Positions 37,359 through 39,703 of a DNA stretch of 39,703 bases are shown here, in pieces (the stretch's first letter is position 1; each line of letters starts with the position of its first letter). A program made the position numbers and the translations under genes. The notes beneath the pieces were generated by a model that searched no databases, was not told where the DNA came from, and saw nothing but the letters and a program-made list of their open reading frames with translations. Source of the DNA: Nitrospiraceae bacterium (lineage in GTDB: Bacteria > Nitrospirota > Nitrospiria > Nitrospirales > Nitrospiraceae); the NCBI GenBank assembly GCA_037442105.1, contig JBBIQV010000031.1, forward strand, positions 1 to 39,703, read 5' to 3'.

Positions 37359-38897
37359 CTACAGGGTCCGGTCGATGAGATACTGAATCAACAATCGCGT
37401 GCCGATGCCGGTGGGCCCCTTCGGGATGTAAGCCCGTTCGCGCTCGCTCCAATCGGTGCTGGCGATATCCAAATGGACCCAAGGACAGTCGCCCACGAAT
37501 TTGCTCAGGAACAATGCGGCGGTGATCATCCCACCTCCACGCCCGCCGATGTTCCGCATGTCGGCCACGTCGCTCTTGAGTTGCTCGAAATACTCGTCCC
37601 AGAGCGGCATCTCCCACACCCGCTCACCGGCCCGGAGCCCGGCTTTCCGAACACGATCTTTCAACTTTTCGTCGTTGCCGAACATGCCGATGGCGAACTG
37701 GCCCAGCGCGACGGCGCAAGCTCCCGTGAGCGTGGCGACATCGATCAGCGCCGCCGGCTTGTAGCGAGTCGCATAGGCGAGACCGTCGGACAAAATGAGA
37801 CGGCCTTCGGCGTCCGTATTCTGCACCTCGACCGTCTTGCCGGAGAGGGTTTTCAGGATGTCGCCCGGTTTCATCGCCCGCCCGCCGGGCATATTTTCCG
37901 TCGCCGGCAGGATGCTGATCAGATGGAGCGGCAGTTTGAGGCGGGCTGCGGCCCGAATCGCGGCCAGCACTTCCGCGCCGCCGGTCATGTCCGCCTTCAT
38001 CTGTTCCATGTTCTCCGCCGGCTTGAGCGAGATCCCGCCGGTATCGAAGGTAATCGTTTTGCCGACCAGCACGACCGGCCTCTCGGTCTTGCCTTTCGCT
38101 CCTCGCCCCTTACCGCTCGCCTGCCCCCGATATTCGAGGATGATGAACTTGGGCGGCTCGTGGCTCCCGCGCGCCACCCCGAGCAGCGCCCCCATCCCGA
38201 GCTGCTCCATGTCTTTCTGATCGAGAATCTTGAGACTCACCCCTTCGTCCTTCGCGATCGCCTTCGCCTCATTCGCGACGCGCGTCGGCGTCATCACGTT
38301 GGAGGGATGGTTACAGAGGTCGCGGACGTACACGGTTGCTTCTGCCGTCGCCATGCCTCGCCGGATACCCTCCGTGACCTGCCGCACGTGACCCTTTTGC
38401 GGAACCATCACCGTCATCCTGGCCAGCTCTTTCGCCGATACATTCTCATCGCTGCGATAAGTCGTGAACTGATAGCTCCCGAGAATCGCACCCTCGACCA
38501 TCGCTTGTATCAGGTCGATGAGCGAGGCGCCGGGGACGGCTGCTTCCGGCAGCGCCACGGCAAAAGAAGTCGCCTTGACCTGCCGGACCCTCTTGGCTAT
38601 GTGACCCATCGCCTGACGGAAGGTATCGAGCCGGAGATCTTTTCGTTTGCCAAGCCCGGCGAGCAGGACCCGCTTAACCGGAGTTCTGCCGTGCGTATGG
38701 ATCAGGACCAGCTCGTTGGCCTTGCCCTCGAACTCGCCGCTCCGCAGCAGCTCTTTCAATCCACCCGCAAGAGCCTTGTCGATCGCCGCCGCTTCATGTT
38801 TCAAGGGGCCTTCGCCTTCGCAGCGCGCGAGCACCAAGACTTCCGCCTCTTGCGTCTCCGCCCGACCCTGTTTCACCTCAACCTGCATGATCTTCAT
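37359..38897 (-). CDS. pepA: leucyl aminopeptidase (M17)
   Basis: GKTITFDTGG, MKADMTG, NTDAEGRL, ATLTGA; GAGGAG RBS. Confidence 0.96.
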   Translation of the reverse strand: MKIMQVEVKQGRAETQEAEVLVLARCEGEGPLKHEAAAIDKALAGGLKELLRSGEFEGKANELVLIHTHGRTPVKRVLLAGLGKRKDLRLDTFRQAMGHIAKRVRQVKATSFAVALPEAAVPGASLIDLIQAMVEGAILGSYQFTTYRSDENVSAKELARMTVMVPQKGHVRQVTEGIRRGMATAEATVYVRDLCNHPSNVMTPTRVANEAKAIAKDEGVSLKILDQKDMEQLGMGALLGVARGSHEPPKFIILEYRGQASGKGRGAKGKTERPVVLVGKTITFDTGGISLKPAENMEQMKADMTGGAEVLAAIRAAARLKLPLHLISILPATENMPGGRAMKPGDILKTLSGKTVEVQNTDAEGRLILSDGLAYATRYKPAALIDVATLTGACAVALGQFAIGMFGNDEKLKDRVRKAGLRAGERVWEMPLWDEYFEQLKSDVADMRNIGGRGGGMITAALFLSKFVGDCPWVHLDIASTDWSERERAYIPKGPTGIGTRLLIQYLIDRTL

Positions 38898-38914
38898 TCG
38901 GATCTCCTCGTTCA

Positions 38915-38980
38915 AGCTGTCAGCCGTCAGCGCGCAGCTTTCATCAGAAACTGATAGCTGACTGCTGAGAGCTGATGGCT
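38915..38980. repeat. inverted heptamer tandem array (AGCNNTC / GANNGCT)
   Basis: 4 units at 38915-38943 and 4 inverse units at 38952-38980. Confidence 0.8.
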
Positions 38981-38985
38981 ACTCT

Positions 38986-39621
38986 TCACACCCCGCGCAT
39001 GTCCGGAGCCCAAATGTATTTGTGAAGCTGGAGTTGGAACCGAACCGGTAACTGATCCGCCAGCACCCATTCCGCCAATTGGCGAGGATCGAGGTCCCCG
39101 AAAACCGGGTTGAACAAGACAGGACAACGGTCGGGCAACGAATGTCGTCGCAGGGTCGCACAGGCCCAGTCGTAGTCCGCACGGTCTTTAATCACGAACT
39201 TCGCCTCATCCTTCGCCGTCAGCCGGGAAAGATTGTTCCAGTCCATACGCTCCGTCATGCCGCTACCCGGGCACTTCACATCCAGGATGACATGGGCCCG
39301 GCGGTCAACCGGCGTGATGTCGATCGCGCCGCTGGTTTCGATGAGGACGTCGTAGCCCTCGTCACAGAGTCGTTCGATCAAAGGGAATGATTCCTGCTGG
39401 ACGAGTGGCTCACCCCCGGTGATTTCGACGAGCCGGCACTGGTATGTCCGCACCTTGGCCATCACCTCGTCGAGGGCCATGTCCATCCCTCCATAGAAAG
39501 CATAGGCCGTGTCGCACCAGGTGCAGCGAAGCGGGCACCCGGTTAAACGGATGAAGATGCAAGGCTGGCCGGCGTAACTCGATTCGCCCTGGATGCTGTG
39601 AAAAATTTCAGTAATACGCAT
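38986..39621 (-). CDS. queE: 7-carboxy-7-deazaguanine synthase (radical SAM)
   Basis: EIFHSIQGE, GCPLRCTWCDT, TGGEP, QLHKYIW. Confidence 0.92.
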   Translation of the reverse strand: MRITEIFHSIQGESSYAGQPCIFIRLTGCPLRCTWCDTAYAFYGGMDMALDEVMAKVRTYQCRLVEITGGEPLVQQESFPLIERLCDEGYDVLIETSGAIDITPVDRRAHVILDVKCPGSGMTERMDWNNLSRLTAKDEAKFVIKDRADYDWACATLRRHSLPDRCPVLFNPVFGDLDPRQLAEWVLADQLPVRFQLQLHKYIWAPDMRGV

Positions 39622-39666
39622 ACCCCAATTTCTGATTTGAGATTTCAAATCAGTAGTGTCCCAACG

Positions 39667-39702
39667 TTACTCAAACAAATTCAATTGGTTGCTGGCTTCT
39701 GA
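39667..39702 (-). CDS. partial 3' end of an upstream gene (SEASNQLNLFE*)
   Basis: open frame at the window edge ending TAA; QLNLF resembles a beta-clamp motif. Confidence 0.4.
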   Translation of the reverse strand, partial: SEASNQLNLFE

Positions 39703-39703
39703 T

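Noticed and set aside
37473..38954. 493-aa plus-strand ORF
   Set aside because: Antisense shadow of pepA

Overview
GC-rich bacterial chromosome segment, probably Nitrospira-like (inferred from gene content, not from a search). Most of it is housekeeping genes: gcvT, gcvP, fabI, arfB, mug, sdhA/frdA, an OmpR-type two-component pair with degP, purU, rimO, nagZ, pepA and queE. One accessory island (~14.45-16.3 kb) holds an integron-type cassette without an integrase: a putative PD-(D/E)XK-like nuclease gene followed by a 75-bp attC, then an unusual repeat-rich spacer bounded by two core sites, then an antitoxin gene and a nonsense-disrupted ParE/RelE toxin. Non-coding features stand out. Several inverted arrays of 6- or 7-nt tandem repeats sit between genes, and two pairs bracket single genes. 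A palindromic REP-like cluster appears to be translated in-frame in the RimO N-terminus. A minus-strand three-way-junction RNA candidate has an anti-SD loop. A DASS transporter lacks a canonical start codon for its first two TM helices. No tRNA, rRNA or CRISPR array was seen.
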